Assembly: GCA_028688955.1 (NCBI GenBank)
Contig: JAQTXD010000004.1
Coordinates: 8,249-72,248 of the forward strand
DNA length: 64,000 bases
Source of the DNA: Desulfuromonadaceae bacterium
Lineage (GTDB): Bacteria > Desulfobacterota > Desulfuromonadia > Geobacterales > Pseudopelobacteraceae
Direction: 5' to 3'
Made by a program: the position numbers and the translations under genes. The notes below the pieces were generated by a model. It did not search any database and had not been told where the DNA came from. It saw nothing but the letters and a program-made list of their open reading frames with translations. This document shows, in pieces, positions 34,584 through 47,272 of the stretch (positions within the stretch are counted from its first letter, which is position 1; every line of letters begins with the position of its first letter).

Positions 34584-36391
34584 ACGCTGATTTTTCTCCG
34601 CTGTGGCGGCACAGGGCCCTTTGTGCTTCTTGTCTCTGCTCCACCGAGCAGTCCGATCTCGTTTTCGCGCCCCAACTCCTTCAATGCTTCCAAAACCTTG
34701 CCCCGTTCTGCAGGTATGTGCCACAACAGAAGAGATTTCTGCAATCCCTTCTCACGATCGCTTGTTGCCGTATAAACCCGCTTTCCGGTCATCGGATCAA
34801 GTCCGCTGTAGAACATGCAGGTGGCAATCGTACCTGGAGTAGGGGTGAAATCCTGCACCTGCTCCACCTGCATCCCCATTTTTTTGAGCACCAGTGTTAA
34901 TTCCAGCATATCGGCCAGCGTGCAGCCCGGATGTCCGGAAATAAGGTACGGTACAATATATTGACGCTTGTTGATCCTGTCGCATTCTGCCCGGAATTTT
35001 GCAAAAAACGTTTCAAACGATTTTCTGCCGGGTTTGCGCATGATATCCGTGACACGATCAACCAGATGCTCAGGCGCAATTTTCAGCAGACCACTGACAT
35101 GGTGACCGGTCAGTTCACTGAAATAGGAGGGCTGCCGTTCAAGCAGGTCATAACGCACTCCTGATGAAACTGCAGTATGCCGCACTCCCGCAAGAGCCCG
35201 TGCCGCCTGCAAGAGTGACGTCGCTGGTTTGTCACCGGTACGGAGATTGGCGCAGATATTCGGGAAAATACAGCTTTCCCGCTGGCATTTTTGCATCGCC
35301 TCCGGGTTGCTGCAGCCAAGACCGTACATGTTGGCGGTTGGCCCGCCAATGTCACTGACGGTCCCGCGAAACCATGATTTTCGAACCATAGCCGAGATTT
35401 CTGTGAGAACGGACTCTTTGCTGCGTGACTGGATCGTTTTGCCCTGGTGCATGGTGATGGCACAGAACGCACAGCCTCCAAAACATCCGCGATGGCTGGT
35501 GACGGAGGTTTTGATCTGTTCCCAGGCGGGAATTGTTTCGGTATACGACGGGTGCGGAGACTTTTCAAACGGCAGGGCGTAGACTGCATCCATTTCATGT
35601 TCTGAAAGCGGCATCGCCGGTGGATTACAGATCAGCGACCGGTTGCCGTGCCGTTGAAGAACTATCCCGGCCGACCAGGGATTCTGCTGGAGGTACGCAA
35701 GTCGGAATGCCTCGGCAAATTTCTCTTTGGAGGCAGCAATTTCCTCATAGGACGGGATTGTCAGATGGGTGCTGTCTTCAGGGATACCGCTGATATACGC
35801 ACTTCCCCGTACATCACGGATACTTCCCAGCTTCTCACCATCACGCATTCGCGTGGCGACTTCCAGAACAGCCCGTTCGGCCATGCCGTAGATCAGTAGA
35901 TCAGCTTTTGCATCAAACAGAATTGAGCGGCGTACCTTATTTTCCCAAAAGTCATAATGTGCAAAACGACGCAGTGAGGCTTCTATGCCGCCAATCACAA
36001 CAGGTATGTCTTTAAAAGCCTCCTTCAGGCGGGAGGTATAAATCATGGTGGCGCGGTTTGGACGGGATCCATGGCGATTGCCGGGTGTGTAGGCGTCGTC
36101 GTGACGCAGTTTGCGGGCGGGGGTGTAATGGGCTACCATCGAGTCCATAGCCCCGGCTGACACTGCAAAGAACAGTCGCGGACGGCCGAGGATCAGAAAT
36201 GATGTTTTTGAGCGCCAGTCCGGTTGTGCGATGATGCCTACCCGAAACCCGTGGGATTCCAGCCATCGAGCCAGCAGCGGTACGCCGAAGGAGGGGTGGT
36301 CGATATACGCGTCGCCGTTAACAAAGATAATATCGAGTTCGTTCCAGCCTCGAGCACGCATTTCTTCCTGAGTTGTTGGTATGAATGGCAT
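34568..36391 (-). CDS. ygiQ: YgiQ-family (UPF0313) radical SAM protein
   Basis: 607 aa. The N-terminus [34 protein letters not shown] is the YgiQ N-terminal domain signature. The radical SAM cluster is CFGGCAFC. Confidence 0.85.
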   Translation of the reverse strand: MPFIPTTQEEMRARGWNELDIIFVNGDAYIDHPSFGVPLLARWLESHGFRVGIIAQPDWRSKTSFLILGRPRLFFAVSAGAMDSMVAHYTPARKLRHDDAYTPGNRHGSRPNRATMIYTSRLKEAFKDIPVVIGGIEASLRRFAHYDFWENKVRRSILFDAKADLLIYGMAERAVLEVATRMRDGEKLGSIRDVRGSAYISGIPEDSTHLTIPSYEEIAASKEKFAEAFRLAYLQQNPWSAGIVLQRHGNRSLICNPPAMPLSEHEMDAVYALPFEKSPHPSYTETIPAWEQIKTSVTSHRGCFGGCAFCAITMHQGKTIQSRSKESVLTEISAMVRKSWFRGTVSDIGGPTANMYGLGCSNPEAMQKCQRESCIFPNICANLRTGDKPATSLLQAARALAGVRHTAVSSGVRYDLLERQPSYFSELTGHHVSGLLKIAPEHLVDRVTDIMRKPGRKSFETFFAKFRAECDRINKRQYIVPYLISGHPGCTLADMLELTLVLKKMGMQVEQVQDFTPTPGTIATCMFYSGLDPMTGKRVYTATSDREKGLQKSLLLWHIPAERGKVLEALKELGRENEIGLLGGAETRSTKGPVPPQRRKISVKKAR

Positions 36392-36394
36392 AGG

Positions 36395-37435
36395 TCAGGG
36401 GAACAACGCTAATCCATCAAGCCCCATTGTTTCGGGAAATCCGCAGACCAGATTCATATTCTGAACCGCCTGACCTGAAGCACCTTTTACAAGATTATCT
36501 ATCGCGGAAACGACAATTATCCGCCCGGTACGGACATCAACCAGTGGAGCAATGTCGCAGAAATTTGAGCCGCGAACGAATGCCGTTGATGGAAGTGCAC
36601 CGTTTCCGAGGATTCGCACAAACGGTTCGCTGGCGTAGAAATCCTGGTAGAGTTGACAAATCGTCTCGCTGCTGATTGACTTCAGCGAAGAGGCATAGAT
36701 TGTAGAAAGAATACCTCTGTCCATAGGTACGAGGTGCGGGGTAAAGGTTATTTTTAGCGGTTCCCCGGCGAGCAGGGACAGCTCCTGCTCGATTTCTGGC
36801 GTGTGTCGATGTACGCCGCCGACACCGTAGGCTTTATATCCCTCGTTGACTTCACAGTAGAGACTGTCGACTTTGGCAGACCGTCCGGCACCGGTGACGC
36901 CGGAGGCAGAATCGGCAATGATGCTGGAAAGGTCGATCAGCCCCTTTTTCAGTAGCGGAGCCAGGCCGAGAATGATGCTTGTCGGGTAGCATCCGGGGTT
37001 GGCAACAAGCTTCGCACTTTTGATCCTGTTTCGTCTCAGTTCAGGCAATCCATACACCGCCTTTTTCAGATTGGCGGGATTGAGATGCTGTTCATACCAT
37101 TCGCCGTAAACAGCGGGATCGGATAGACGGTAGTCTGCCGACAGGTCAATTACTTTCCTGCCGAGCTTGAGGAAGGTCGGCACAACCTCCATAGCGGCTT
37201 TATGTGGCAGTGCGGTAAAGATAATATCCGCCTTTTCAGCAATCCGTACCGGCTCAAGATTCTCAAGTACAATGTCGCACCGCCCACGCAGGGTCGGGAA
37301 AACATCGGAAATACGCCTGCCGGCACTCTGCTCGGAAGTCAGGCAGGTTACCGCAACCTCCGGATGACAATGAAGGATCCGGATTAATTCAAGCCCGGTG
37401 TAGCCGCTGGCCCCGACGATAGCAATTTTCAGCAT
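36395..37435 (-). CDS. argC: N-acetyl-gamma-glutamyl-phosphate reductase
   Basis: Start chosen at ATG 37435 behind AAGGAG ([14 protein letters not shown]...). The catalytic segment is PGCYPTS. Confidence 0.9.
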   Translation of the reverse strand: MLKIAIVGASGYTGLELIRILHCHPEVAVTCLTSEQSAGRRISDVFPTLRGRCDIVLENLEPVRIAEKADIIFTALPHKAAMEVVPTFLKLGRKVIDLSADYRLSDPAVYGEWYEQHLNPANLKKAVYGLPELRRNRIKSAKLVANPGCYPTSIILGLAPLLKKGLIDLSSIIADSASGVTGAGRSAKVDSLYCEVNEGYKAYGVGGVHRHTPEIEQELSLLAGEPLKITFTPHLVPMDRGILSTIYASSLKSISSETICQLYQDFYASEPFVRILGNGALPSTAFVRGSNFCDIAPLVDVRTGRIIVVSAIDNLVKGASGQAVQNMNLVCGFPETMGLDGLALFP

Positions 37436-37519
37436 GTTCGTAACTCCTTTCACCTATAAAAAAAGGGAAACCCTTGCGGATTTCCCTTTGTAACATACCA
37501 GTGTAGTCTAATCCAGCGA

Positions 37520-37912
37520 TTAACGCTTGGAGAACTGGAAACGGGCGCGGGCTGCTTTCCTGCCGTATTTCTTACGCTCTTTAATACGTGAGTCGCGGGT
37601 GATAAAACCGGCTTTCTTGAGAACGCCACGCAGTTCAGGCTCATGCAGCAGCAGTGCTTTGGTGATGCCGTGCTTGATAGCGCCGGCCTGGCCAGTATCG
37701 CCACCCCCTGAAACAGTTACGAAGACATCAAAAATACCGACTTTTTCAACCAGTTCAAACGGCTGACGAACAACCATTTTAGAGGTTTCACGGCCGAAGT
37801 ATTCGTCAAGAGTTTTGTGGTTGACGGTAAACGTACCTACACCGGGCTTAAGCCAAACACGAGCAATTGAGGTCTTGCGCTTGCCTGTTCCATAATAACT
37901 AACTGCTGCCAT
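37520..37912 (-). CDS. rpsI: 30S ribosomal protein S9
   Basis: 130 aa with [12 protein letters not shown] and C-terminal [18 protein letters not shown]. Confidence 0.95.
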   Translation of the reverse strand: MAAVSYYGTGKRKTSIARVWLKPGVGTFTVNHKTLDEYFGRETSKMVVRQPFELVEKVGIFDVFVTVSGGGDTGQAGAIKHGITKALLLHEPELRGVLKKAGFITRDSRIKERKKYGRKAARARFQFSKR

Positions 37913-37934
37913 ATCGTTTTCTCCTTAGTGAATA

Positions 37935-38363
37935 TTAAAGTGCCAGATTTTTTGGCATCTGAGCTGCGTGTGGGTGGTTTGGTCCCGCGTAGATTTTAAG
38001 CTTGCTGAGCATGGCCCGGGCAAGTTTATTCTTGGGAAGCATCCCTTTGACAGCTTTTTTGATGAGCTCTTCCGGTTTTTTCTCAAGCAGCTTACCGGCT
38101 GTAGTTTCCTTCAGTCCACCAACGTATCCGGAGTGACTGTAATACATTTTGTCGGCTAACTTGCGGCCAGTCAGGGCGATCTTCTCTGCGTTCACAACAA
38201 TGACAAAGTCACCGGTATCAACGCTGGGAGTGTAGAGAGCCTTGTTTTTGCCGCGAAGAACATTCGCAATCTGGGTTGAAATACGTCCCAACACAGCATC
38301 CTGTGCATCAACAATATACCAGTCACGCTTTACATCTACCGCTTTCGCTACTTCTGTTTTCAT
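37935..38363 (-). CDS. rplM: 50S ribosomal protein L13
   Basis: 142 aa with [29 protein letters not shown]. Confidence 0.95.
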   Translation of the reverse strand: MKTEVAKAVDVKRDWYIVDAQDAVLGRISTQIANVLRGKNKALYTPSVDTGDFVIVVNAEKIALTGRKLADKMYYSHSGYVGGLKETTAGKLLEKKPEELIKKAVKGMLPKNKLARAMLSKLKIYAGPNHPHAAQMPKNLAL

Positions 38364-38562
38364 AAATTCCCCGCCCGTCGGTGCAACCTGTAGAGACTAC
38401 AGGCCATGATTTTTTTGAAGAGGCATAACTTACTGAAAGAGCGTGATCGTGTCAAGGGAAAAATTTTCAGGATAACGAAATGGTTTCATCAATGTTGTAT
38501 CAACACAGATTTCGTGATACAAACGCGCGGCAATTATCATTTATTTCGGAGTTTGTATTCAT

Positions 38563-38850
38563 ATGCAGATGACAACAGCAGACGTAGAGCATGTCGCCCG
38601 CCTGGCCAGGCTGGAGTTCACTTCCGGTGAAAAGGAGTTGTTCGCCGGGCAGATGGCGGCAATTCTCGGGTATGTGGAAAAATTGAAGGAGCTGAACACT
38701 GACGGCATTGTGCCGACTTCCCACGCCGTGCCGATGGAAAACGCGTTCCGTGAGGATGTGGTCCGCCCTTCAATCGGCCAGGAAAACGCGTTGCGTAATG
38801 CACCTGACCGCGACGGCTCCTTTTTCGCCGTACCAAAAGTTATAGAATAA
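38563..38850 (+). CDS. gatC: Asp/Glu-tRNA amidotransferase subunit C
   Basis: 95 aa. [34 protein letters not shown] is typical GatC. Confidence 0.9.
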   Translation: MQMTTADVEHVARLARLEFTSGEKELFAGQMAAILGYVEKLKELNTDGIVPTSHAVPMENAFREDVVRPSIGQENALRNAPDRDGSFFAVPKVIE

Positions 38851-38869
38851 CGCGGGGATATCTACAATT

Positions 38870-40324
38870 ATGACTATTTCTGATTTGACCATTCATGCAC
38901 TTCACTCCGCATTGAAGAATAAGCAGATTTCATCTGTGGAAGCCACGACCGCAATGCTGGAGCGGATCAACTCCGTTGAACCCCAGGTCTGCTCATTCAT
39001 TACGGTGACATCTGAGCAGGCTCTGGCCGACGCCCGTGCTGCAGACAAGCGGATCGCATCCGGCGATTGCCAGCCACTGACCGGGATACCGCTTGCCATT
39101 AAGGACATCTTTCTGACGGAAGGAATCCGTACCACCTGCGGTTCCCGTATTCTTGAGAGCTTCATCCCGCCCTACAGCGCCAGCTCCTGGGAAAAACTGA
39201 AGGCCCAGGGTACGGTTCTGCTTGGAAAGTTGAATCAGGATGAATTCGCCATGGGATCCTCCAACGAATCCAGCGCCTATGGCATAACCAGAAACCCCTG
39301 GGACATCTCCTGCATCCCGGGGGGGTCATCGGGAGGATCAGCTGCGGCGGTGGCGGCCCGGGAAGCGGTCGCAACGCTCGGCACTGACACCGGGGGGTCG
39401 ATTCGCCAGCCGGCCTCCCACTGCGGTTGTGTCGGATTGAAACCGACGTATGGCCGGGTTTCCCGTTACGGTGTTATTGCGTACGCCTCTTCGCTGGATC
39501 AGGTCGGACCGTTGACCCGGGACGTGGCCGATTGTGCCCTTATGCTTGAAGCAATTGCCGGTCATGATCCCAAGGACTCTACCAGTGTTGATACTTCGGT
39601 GCCGAAATATAGCGCCGGTCTGGCGAGTGGCGTAAAGGGGCTCAAAATCGGTCTTCCGAAAGAATATTTTATCGACGGTCTTGATCCGGACGTACAGCAC
39701 GCGATGACGGCCGCCATAGAAACCTATCGCCGCCTCGGTGCGGAATTTGTGGATATTTCCCTGCCGCATACCGATTATGCGGTTGCAACCTACTATCTCA
39801 TTGCGACGGCTGAAGCCAGCTCAAATCTTGCCCGCTATGACGGCGTTCGTTTCGGACATCGTGCCGAGGCCGCCGGCCTGCTGGACATGTATACCAAAAG
39901 TCGCAGTGAAGGCTTTGGTACCGAGGTCAAGCGCCGCATCATGCTTGGCACCTATGCACTGTCATCCGGTTATTATGATGCGTATTACGTCAAGGCCCAG
40001 AAAGTGCGAACCCTGATCATGAACGATTTCATGAGTGCATTTTCGCATGTTGATGTCATGCTGACACCGGTCGCACCAACCCCGGCATTCAAGATCGGCG
40101 AAAAAATAAATGATCCATTGCAGATGTATCTTTCCGATATTTTCACTATTCCGGTCAACCTTGCCGGTACCTGTGCCATGTCGCTTCCGGCCGGTTTTTC
40201 CGCACACGGCCTTCCGATTGGGCTGCAGCTGATCGGCAAGCCGTTTGCTGAAGAAACTATTCTGCGGGCTGGCTATGCATTCGAGCAGGCCACCGAGTGG
40301 CACACCAGAAAAGCATCGATTTAA
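38870..40324 (+). CDS. gatA: Asp/Glu-tRNA amidotransferase subunit A
   Basis: 484 aa with the amidase signature [13 protein letters not shown]. Confidence 0.95.
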   Translation: MTISDLTIHALHSALKNKQISSVEATTAMLERINSVEPQVCSFITVTSEQALADARAADKRIASGDCQPLTGIPLAIKDIFLTEGIRTTCGSRILESFIPPYSASSWEKLKAQGTVLLGKLNQDEFAMGSSNESSAYGITRNPWDISCIPGGSSGGSAAAVAAREAVATLGTDTGGSIRQPASHCGCVGLKPTYGRVSRYGVIAYASSLDQVGPLTRDVADCALMLEAIAGHDPKDSTSVDTSVPKYSAGLASGVKGLKIGLPKEYFIDGLDPDVQHAMTAAIETYRRLGAEFVDISLPHTDYAVATYYLIATAEASSNLARYDGVRFGHRAEAAGLLDMYTKSRSEGFGTEVKRRIMLGTYALSSGYYDAYYVKAQKVRTLIMNDFMSAFSHVDVMLTPVAPTPAFKIGEKINDPLQMYLSDIFTIPVNLAGTCAMSLPAGFSAHGLPIGLQLIGKPFAEETILRAGYAFEQATEWHTRKASI

Positions 40325-40339
40325 CTTCCGGAGCATACT

Positions 40340-41782
40340 ATGAAATACCAGCCAGTCATCGGCCTTGAAGTCCATGTCCAGCTTCTGACCGACACCAAAA
40401 TATTCTGCGGCTGCTCGACAACATTCGGCGCCAATCCTAACTCTCAGACCTGCCCGGTCTGCCTGGGAATGCCGGGGGCGTTACCGGTGCTCAATAAAAA
40501 AGTGGTGGAATTTGCCATCAAGGCCGGCCTCTCCACGAACTGCTCGATCACCCCGCGGAGTATTTTTGCCCGTAAAAATTACTTTTACCCTGATCTTCCC
40601 AAAGGGTATCAGATCAGCCAGTTTGAAGATCCAATCTGCCAGCATGGGTGGCTGGATATCAAAATTACGGGAGATGAGCTGAAACGGATCGGCATAACCC
40701 GCATCCACATGGAAGAAGATGCGGGAAAACTGGTGCATGGCGAGCTGTCCGGTTCGAGTGACGGTTCGGGAGTGGATCTCAACCGTGCCTGTACCCCGCT
40801 TCTGGAAGTCGTGTCCGAACCGGATCTCCGTTCCTCTGATGAAGCTGTTACCTATCTGAAACAGCTGCACCAGATTGTCACCTGGCTCGGCATCTGCGAC
40901 GGCAATATGGAAGAGGGGAGTTTCCGGTGTGACGCCAACGTATCCGTTATGCCGGTAGGGTCAGATACCCTCGGTACGCGGGCTGAAATCAAGAATGTCA
41001 ATTCCTTCAAATTCGTCAAGCAGGCTATCGAATATGAAATACAACGGCAGATTGACCTGATAGAAGATGGCGGTACGGTCGTCCAGGAAACGCGGCTTTT
41101 TGATCCGAACAGCGGCAAAACCCGCTCAATGCGCAGTAAAGAAGAGGACCACGATTACCGCTATTTTCCCGATCCGGATCTGGTGCCGCTGGTGATCAGC
41201 GACGACTGGGTGGCCCGCTCGCGGAGTGAACTGCCGGAATTGCCGGAACAGCGCCAGCAGCGCTTCATGAACGAGTTGGGGCTGCCCGCCTATGACGCAG
41301 AAGTACTGACGGCGAGCCGTGCACTTGCTGATTACTTTGAAGCCGGCGTTGCTGCAGGCAGCAATGCCAAGGCGGTCGGAAACTGGATAATGGGTGAAAT
41401 TACCCGGTCTCTCAATGACAGCGGGACGTCGATTGAGGAGTGCCCGGTGACTCCGGCGCAGTTGGCGGAATTATTAAAACTGATAGATAGCGGTGTTATT
41501 TCAGGCAAGATAGCCAAAACTGTATTCGATGAAATGTGGAAAAGCGGTAAAGCGCCGCAGATAATCGTCGAAGAACAGGGATTGGTGCAGGTATCCGACA
41601 GTGGCGCGCTTGAAACCATCATCAACGAAATAATGACTGCAAACGCCGGGCAGGTCGAAGAATATCGCGGCGGCAAGGAAAAAGTGTTCGGCTTCTTTGT
41701 CGGGCAGGTCATGAAAGCAAGTAAAGGAAAAGCGAATCCGTCGGTCGTTAACGAACTGCTGCTGGATAAACTAAAGGGGTAG
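40340..41782 (+). CDS. gatB: Asp/Glu-tRNA amidotransferase subunit B
   Basis: 480 aa with [23 protein letters not shown] and a C-terminal GatB/YqeY domain. Confidence 0.95.
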   Translation: MKYQPVIGLEVHVQLLTDTKIFCGCSTTFGANPNSQTCPVCLGMPGALPVLNKKVVEFAIKAGLSTNCSITPRSIFARKNYFYPDLPKGYQISQFEDPICQHGWLDIKITGDELKRIGITRIHMEEDAGKLVHGELSGSSDGSGVDLNRACTPLLEVVSEPDLRSSDEAVTYLKQLHQIVTWLGICDGNMEEGSFRCDANVSVMPVGSDTLGTRAEIKNVNSFKFVKQAIEYEIQRQIDLIEDGGTVVQETRLFDPNSGKTRSMRSKEEDHDYRYFPDPDLVPLVISDDWVARSRSELPELPEQRQQRFMNELGLPAYDAEVLTASRALADYFEAGVAAGSNAKAVGNWIMGEITRSLNDSGTSIEECPVTPAQLAELLKLIDSGVISGKIAKTVFDEMWKSGKAPQIIVEEQGLVQVSDSGALETIINEIMTANAGQVEEYRGGKEKVFGFFVGQVMKASKGKANPSVVNELLLDKLKG

Positions 41783-41795
41783 GACGGAGGTTGGT

Positions 41796-42158
41796 ATGAG
41801 CCGGACGGTGATGATTGTCGATGACTCTCTTTTCATGCGCAAAATACTGCGCGGGATTCTTACTGAGATGGGATACACCGTAGCTGCCGAGGCGGCAAGC
41901 GGCATTGAAGCCATGAGAAACCTGCATACCAGCCACCCGGACATTATCCTCCTTGACATCATCCTGCCTGATTCAAACGGTCTCGACCTTCTGGAGTCAA
42001 TTATCAGCGCCTGCCCGGACTCTACCGTCGTTGTCTGCTCTTCGATCGGTCAACAGCCGGTTATTCAGAAATCCCTCGATCTCGGTGCCAAGGCGTTCAT
42101 TCAAAAACCATTCACCCCTGAAAAAGTCGGCGAAGTACTGGAAAGCCTGGTGCTCTAA
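41796..42158 (+). CDS. CheY-like single-domain response regulator
   Basis: 120 aa. VMIVDDS...LLDIILPDSNG...KP. Lies 13 nt after gatB and overlaps cheA in TAATG. Confidence 0.8.
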   Translation: MSRTVMIVDDSLFMRKILRGILTEMGYTVAAEAASGIEAMRNLHTSHPDIILLDIILPDSNGLDLLESIISACPDSTVVVCSSIGQQPVIQKSLDLGAKAFIQKPFTPEKVGEVLESLVL

Positions 42159-43786
42159 TGGACATGTCCCCCTACCGGGAACTGTTTGTATCTGAGGCTA
42201 ACGGCCATCTTGCCGCGTTCAGTGAACTGATAGTACGTCTTGAGGATTCCCCCGGCGACAGCGAGGCGATTGCGGAGCTTTTCCGCCACGCCCATTCAAT
42301 GAAGGGGATGGCGGCAACCATGGGATATGAGCAGATTGTTGCCATTGCTCATCTTATGGAGAACCATTTGAGCCGCGTTCGCAGCGGGGAATGGCTGCTG
42401 CTGCCGGCTCTGACCGACCTGTTGCTCGGAGGCGGGGATACGCTGGCCCGTTTGCTCGCGGGTATTGAGGCGGGGAATGACGCCTGTGAAAACACCGCCG
42501 GGCTGGTTGAACGCCTGGCCGCCTTTGATATTGCAACTGAAACGGTAACGCCAAACCCGATGGCTCCTCCACTCGACGGCGACGCCCCCCCTCCTGAAGC
42601 GGCAGCTCCCGCACAGCAGCAATTCCGCCAGACCGATTCATTCAAAACTATCCGTATAAAAACCGAGACTCTTGACCGTCTGGTCAATATCACCGGGGAA
42701 TTGATCACCAATCGATACCGCCTGTCAAAGTGCATCTCTGCTGCTGATGGTGCCGAATGCCGCGAGCCGCTCCAGCAGCTGACGTCGCTGTTGCGGAACC
42801 TGCGCGATGAAGTGTTCAAAGCACGTATGCTCCCGTTTTCTTTTATTGCCGACCGTTTCCCGCGTCTTGTCCGTGACCTGGCCCGCAAACAGGGGAAGGA
42901 GGTTACGTTTCAGCTCGCTGGAAAAGATATCGAACTGGATCGCGGTATTCTGGAGGAAATAGCTGAACCGATTGTTCATATTCTGCGGAATGCGGTTGAT
43001 CATGGGCTGGAAACGGCGGACGACCGGGTGAGCGCGGGTAAGCCGTTTGGCGGCGCGATCACCCTGACGGTAAGCCGCGACAAGGACCATGTGGAAATTG
43101 TTGTTGCCGATGATGGTCGCGGTATGGACCCGGAGCGTTTAAAGGCCAAGGGAGTCGAAAAGGGCCTCCTCTCGGCTGAGCAGGCCGCCCGTATGACGTC
43201 TCACGAGGCATATCAGCTGATCTGCACACCGGGGTTCTCAACAGCTGCAACCGTTACTGACATCTCAGGGAGGGGAGTCGGCATGGATGCTGTCCGGTCG
43301 GCCGTGCATGCGCTGACCGGCTCCCTGGCTATTCAATCGCAGTGTGGCCAGGGAAGCCGTTTTGTGATACGACTGCCGATAACGGTTTCTATTATTCATG
43401 CCCTTATTGTCCAGAGTGGGCCATTCGAGATTGCGTTTCCCCTGAATGTCGTCTTACGCACTCTTGAGCTGAAGCATTCCGAAATCAGCGAGGAGTCCGG
43501 CACTGCCGTGATCACGCTGAACAATCTTCCGCTTCCGCTCCGGAGTCTGCGACAGGTGCTGAATCTGCCGCCGATACCTGAAAAAGAGAACCAGCTGCTG
43601 CCGGTGGTTGTCTGCGATGTCGGCGGAACTCTGCTCGCTTTCAGTGCCGATCGTATCTCCGGACAGCAGGAAATATTTGTCCGGCCGCTCTGCTCGCCGC
43701 TTTCACAGCTGCGGGGGGTGACCGGTGCCACCGTTACCGGTGATGGGCGGGTGCTGTTCATCGTTGATGCCGTCGCACTTGCCTGA
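42158..43786 (+). CDS. cheA: CheA-type chemotaxis histidine kinase (Hpt, dimerisation, HATPase_c, CheW-like; no obvious P2 domain)
   Basis: 542 aa. Hpt: FRHAHSMKGMAATMG. Kinase core: HILRNAVDHGLE...DDGRGMD...GRGVGMDAV. The C-terminal CheW-like domain follows. Confidence 0.85.
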   Translation: MDMSPYRELFVSEANGHLAAFSELIVRLEDSPGDSEAIAELFRHAHSMKGMAATMGYEQIVAIAHLMENHLSRVRSGEWLLLPALTDLLLGGGDTLARLLAGIEAGNDACENTAGLVERLAAFDIATETVTPNPMAPPLDGDAPPPEAAAPAQQQFRQTDSFKTIRIKTETLDRLVNITGELITNRYRLSKCISAADGAECREPLQQLTSLLRNLRDEVFKARMLPFSFIADRFPRLVRDLARKQGKEVTFQLAGKDIELDRGILEEIAEPIVHILRNAVDHGLETADDRVSAGKPFGGAITLTVSRDKDHVEIVVADDGRGMDPERLKAKGVEKGLLSAEQAARMTSHEAYQLICTPGFSTAATVTDISGRGVGMDAVRSAVHALTGSLAIQSQCGQGSRFVIRLPITVSIIHALIVQSGPFEIAFPLNVVLRTLELKHSEISEESGTAVITLNNLPLPLRSLRQVLNLPPIPEKENQLLPVVVCDVGGTLLAFSADRISGQQEIFVRPLCSPLSQLRGVTGATVTGDGRVLFIVDAVALA

Positions 43787-43912
43787 ATCGGGCGAAAATG
43801 CATACTGAAACGGTTGCGACTGTCGTACATATATGGCAGAATCCCGGACTGGCGCGCCAGTGCCGGCACCTCATGACAGAATGAAATCAGCGCTGCTGAG
43901 AAAGGCCTTACA

Positions 43913-44623
43913 ATGTTAAAAATATGTACCCTGTTCCTGTCGATGCTGCTCTGTAGCAGCCCGCTGTTTGCCGCATCGCCTCATGCATCGCTCAAGGAAG
44001 TTGTCTCGGCTCTTGAAAAGGGCTACGCCGGTCTGCAGGATGTGCAGGCTGATTTCTCCCAGAGGACTTCCCTCTCTGCCGTTAACCGTGAACAAAAAGG
44101 GAATGGTGAAGTACTGCTGAAGCGACCCGCGTCGGCAACGGCCATGTTCCGCTTCAACTACTCAAAGCCGAAGCAGCAGATCATTTCCAACGGCACTCAG
44201 GTCTGGTTTTATACTCCGGAAAATAAGCAGGTGATGGTCAACAGTGTTGCCGCAATGTTTGCCGGGGGTAATTCGATTGCGCTTTCATACCTGACCGGTC
44301 TCGGTCACGTTTCCCGCGATTTTGAAATCGCTTTCGCAGCTGAACCGCAGGATAAAAACGGTAATTACCAACTCGAACTGACGCCGAAAAAAGCGAGTCC
44401 GGTGCTGGCAAAACTTCAGCTGACCGTATCTGCCGAAGCCGTGGCGCAGATTCAGGCGTCAGGAAATGTCAAAGATGTATTTCCGATCGTATCGTCGATC
44501 GTCCATGACGCCGGTGGTAACAGAACCCGGATTGATTACAGCCGGGCGCGGGTCAACAGGGGACTCGACAACGGAAAATTCAATTTTAAAATCCCGAAAG
44601 GGGTCGAGATCATAAAACCGTAA
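43913..44623 (+). CDS. LolA-like outer-membrane lipoprotein carrier family protein
   Basis: 236 aa with a signal peptide and the LolA-like pattern ADFSQRTSL...GEVLLKRP...[31 protein letters not shown]. Confidence 0.6.
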   Translation: MLKICTLFLSMLLCSSPLFAASPHASLKEVVSALEKGYAGLQDVQADFSQRTSLSAVNREQKGNGEVLLKRPASATAMFRFNYSKPKQQIISNGTQVWFYTPENKQVMVNSVAAMFAGGNSIALSYLTGLGHVSRDFEIAFAAEPQDKNGNYQLELTPKKASPVLAKLQLTVSAEAVAQIQASGNVKDVFPIVSSIVHDAGGNRTRIDYSRARVNRGLDNGKFNFKIPKGVEIIKP

Positions 44624-44729
44624 AGAATTATTATTTGACACGGAGATTCAGGATGTTCAGGGAGAGGCGTTAACACCCGTACTTCCCGCTTTCCCGGTAA
44701 CTCTGTGCACTTACTTACAGGAGGTGTGT

Positions 44730-45215
44730 ATGCCGTCATTCGATATCGTTTCAAAAGTGGATATGCAGGAAGTCGACAATGCCGTAAATCAGGCGATCAA
44801 GGAAATTGGCCAGCGCTACGATTTCAAGGGCTCAAAAAGTCAGATCACACCGGAAAAGGATTCCGTCAAGATCCTCTCTGATGATGACTACAAGTTGAAA
44901 GCGGTTGTGGATGTGCTGCAATCCAAATTCATGAAGCGTAATATCTCGATAAAAGCTCTGCAATACGGGAAGGTAGAACCGGCTTCAGGAGGCATGGTCC
45001 GTCAGATCATCACAGTTCAGCAGGGGATCTCGAAGGAAAAGGCCAAAGAACTTATCTCCGTTATCAAGGAGAGCAAGCTCAAGGTACAGGCGCAGATTCA
45101 GGATGATCAGGTCCGGGTAACCGGGAAAAACCGTGATGACCTTCAGGATGCGATCCAGTTGTTGAAGGGGAGTGATCTTGATATTGAGCTGCAATTCACC
45201 AATTTCAGGGAATAG
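44730..45215 (+). CDS. yajQ: YajQ-family (UPF0234) nucleotide/c-di-GMP-binding protein
   Basis: Start chosen at ATG 44730 behind [41 protein letters not shown] is the canonical YajQ N-terminus. Confidence 0.85.
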   Translation: MPSFDIVSKVDMQEVDNAVNQAIKEIGQRYDFKGSKSQITPEKDSVKILSDDDYKLKAVVDVLQSKFMKRNISIKALQYGKVEPASGGMVRQIITVQQGISKEKAKELISVIKESKLKVQAQIQDDQVRVTGKNRDDLQDAIQLLKGSDLDIELQFTNFRE

Positions 45216-45520
45216 TCCCTATAATCCGGTGGTGTTTGAACTGCCGGTTCCTGGGGTAATCTGTTTGGCACCATGCCGTTAAACTGGCGATCATCCGCTT
45301 CGGATCGATCGCCAGAATTGTTTCCGGCATTCATAATATGAACGATCAGCAGGGTGCATTTTGCTTGAGCACGTGTATTCCCGTACGGGATCTCTCTCCT
45401 TTTGCGGAAAGGATGTGCACCGAAATGGTGGTTTTTTGATTGAGGCAGGTGCCATAAAACGAATTTACGGTATACTACCGTTCAGGGATATATTCAGTAC
45501 ATAAAAGGGGCACTGCACGC

Positions 45521-47161
45521 ATGAGCATCAAAACAAAAATAATGATCATTTTGCTGGTTGGTTGCATATCGGTCACCGTTGCAGGTGTTTTCGGACTTGT
45601 TGGGATGAAGTCTGCGGATAATGACATCGAATTGATTTACAGGGAGAACCTGACCAACATTACGCAAATCAGCCGCATCATGGAGTTGATGGGCGACAAC
45701 AGGATCCAGCTGCTGCTGGCTCTGCAGCATAACCCGGATAACCCGATAATCGCCAAAATGCACGACCATGCCACTGAGACACATCTTAACTCAGTCGAAA
45801 AAAATATCGAGGAGATTGGCTCTCTCTGGAAAGAATACACCAGTGGAGGACTCAATGCTGATGAACAGCGATTGGCCAATGATTTTGCTGAGAAAAGGGA
45901 TCGTTTCGTCAAGGAAGGTCTGTTGCCGGTGCGAGACCTGATCCTTGCCGGACAATATGAAAAAGCAAACGAGCTGACGATAACCAAAGTCAACCCGTTA
46001 TTCAAGGCAGCTAAAGAACCTGCTCAAAAACTGTATGACAATGAAAAAGGGCAGGCGAAAAAATCGTTTGAAAATGCAAGCAGCAGATACCACACGACAC
46101 TGGTGCTGGTTATCAGTGCCATCATCGCTGCGATCCTGATTTCGCTCGTACTCGGCATCATGATCATCCGCTCCATATCAACCGCCACATCGCTTCTTAT
46201 CGGAGTCAGCAGTGCCATGGCGCAGGGGGACCTGTCACGGCGTGTCCGCCTGACGACGACAGACGAACTGGGAACCATCGGGAAGTCATTTGATATCATG
46301 GCGGATTCATTCAGCCAGGCGTTGGCCAAGGTTTCTGAAAGTGCCAACCAGGTATCGGCATCGGCAAGCCAGGTTCAGTGCACTGCAGAGAGAATCGCTA
46401 CCGGGGCGGAGGAGGTTGCTGCCCAGACAGGAACCGTGGCAACTGCAGGTGAAGAGATGTCGGCAACGTCAGGCGACATTGCCCAGAACTGCCAAATGGC
46501 TGCAGAGGGGGCACAGCGTGCATCGCAGGCTGCCAGTAACGGGGCAGAGGTCGTTCGCCATACCGTCGAGGGAATCAGATTCCGTGGCGCAAAAACGCGT
46601 GAAAATGCACTTATAATCGAATCACTGGGGACCCGTTCCGACCAGATCGGTGCAATCGTGGCGACCATTGAGGATATTGCAGACCAGACCAATCTGCTGG
46701 CGCTGAACGCCGCAATCGAGGCGGCCCGCGCTGGAGAGCAGGGTCGCGGGTTTGCGGTAGTTGCCGATGAAGTCCGTAATCTTGCAACAAGAACAACAAG
46801 TGCAACGAAGGAAATCGGTGAGATGATCAGGGCTATTCAGACCGAAACAAAACAGGCGATTGTCTCCATGGAAGAAGGTGTCAGGGGAACCGAGCGAGGC
46901 GCTACGGAGGCTGCACAATTGGAGACATCACTTAATGATATCCTTTGCCAGATAAATGATGTTGCCATGCAGGTAAATCAGATTGCCACCGCCGCTGAGG
47001 AGCAGACCGCTACCACCAGCGAGATATCCAGCAATATGATGCAGATCACCGAAGTAGTGCAGCAGACCTCTCAGGGAGCGCATGAGTCTGCCATCGCGGC
47101 AGCCCGGTTGAGTGGAAATGCGGAGGAGCTGCAGCGACTGGTGCGGCAGTTCAAGTTGTAA
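45521..47161 (+). CDS. Methyl-accepting chemotaxis protein (4-helix-bundle sensor, HAMP, MA domain)
   Basis: 546 aa with the highly conserved signalling hairpin [37 protein letters not shown]. Confidence 0.9.
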   Translation: MSIKTKIMIILLVGCISVTVAGVFGLVGMKSADNDIELIYRENLTNITQISRIMELMGDNRIQLLLALQHNPDNPIIAKMHDHATETHLNSVEKNIEEIGSLWKEYTSGGLNADEQRLANDFAEKRDRFVKEGLLPVRDLILAGQYEKANELTITKVNPLFKAAKEPAQKLYDNEKGQAKKSFENASSRYHTTLVLVISAIIAAILISLVLGIMIIRSISTATSLLIGVSSAMAQGDLSRRVRLTTTDELGTIGKSFDIMADSFSQALAKVSESANQVSASASQVQCTAERIATGAEEVAAQTGTVATAGEEMSATSGDIAQNCQMAAEGAQRASQAASNGAEVVRHTVEGIRFRGAKTRENALIIESLGTRSDQIGAIVATIEDIADQTNLLALNAAIEAARAGEQGRGFAVVADEVRNLATRTTSATKEIGEMIRAIQTETKQAIVSMEEGVRGTERGATEAAQLETSLNDILCQINDVAMQVNQIATAAEEQTATTSEISSNMMQITEVVQQTSQGAHESAIAAARLSGNAEELQRLVRQFKL

Positions 47162-47272
47162 CAGGTCGTGCCCTGTCCGGCCGGGCCTTCATACCGCTCG
47201 TTCAACGTTGATTACATGTTGCTGAAAAGATGCATGAAATATAACTTTATACCCCTATAAAAGGAGACCTGC

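Noticed and set aside
43844-43866. GC-rich near-palindrome CCGGACTGGCGCGCCAGTGCCGG after cheA
   Set aside because: It is probably a terminator-like hairpin or a protein-binding site. It has no T-tract and no second copy in the window, so the evidence is too thin to call a feature.
45286-45313. Strong hairpin GGCGATCATCCG-CTT-CGGATCGATCGCC, 70 nt downstream of yajQ
   Set aside because: It could be a terminator or a small RNA element. No U-tract follows, no flanking conservation can be judged from one sequence, and it has no recognisable riboswitch core. It is recorded only as a structure.
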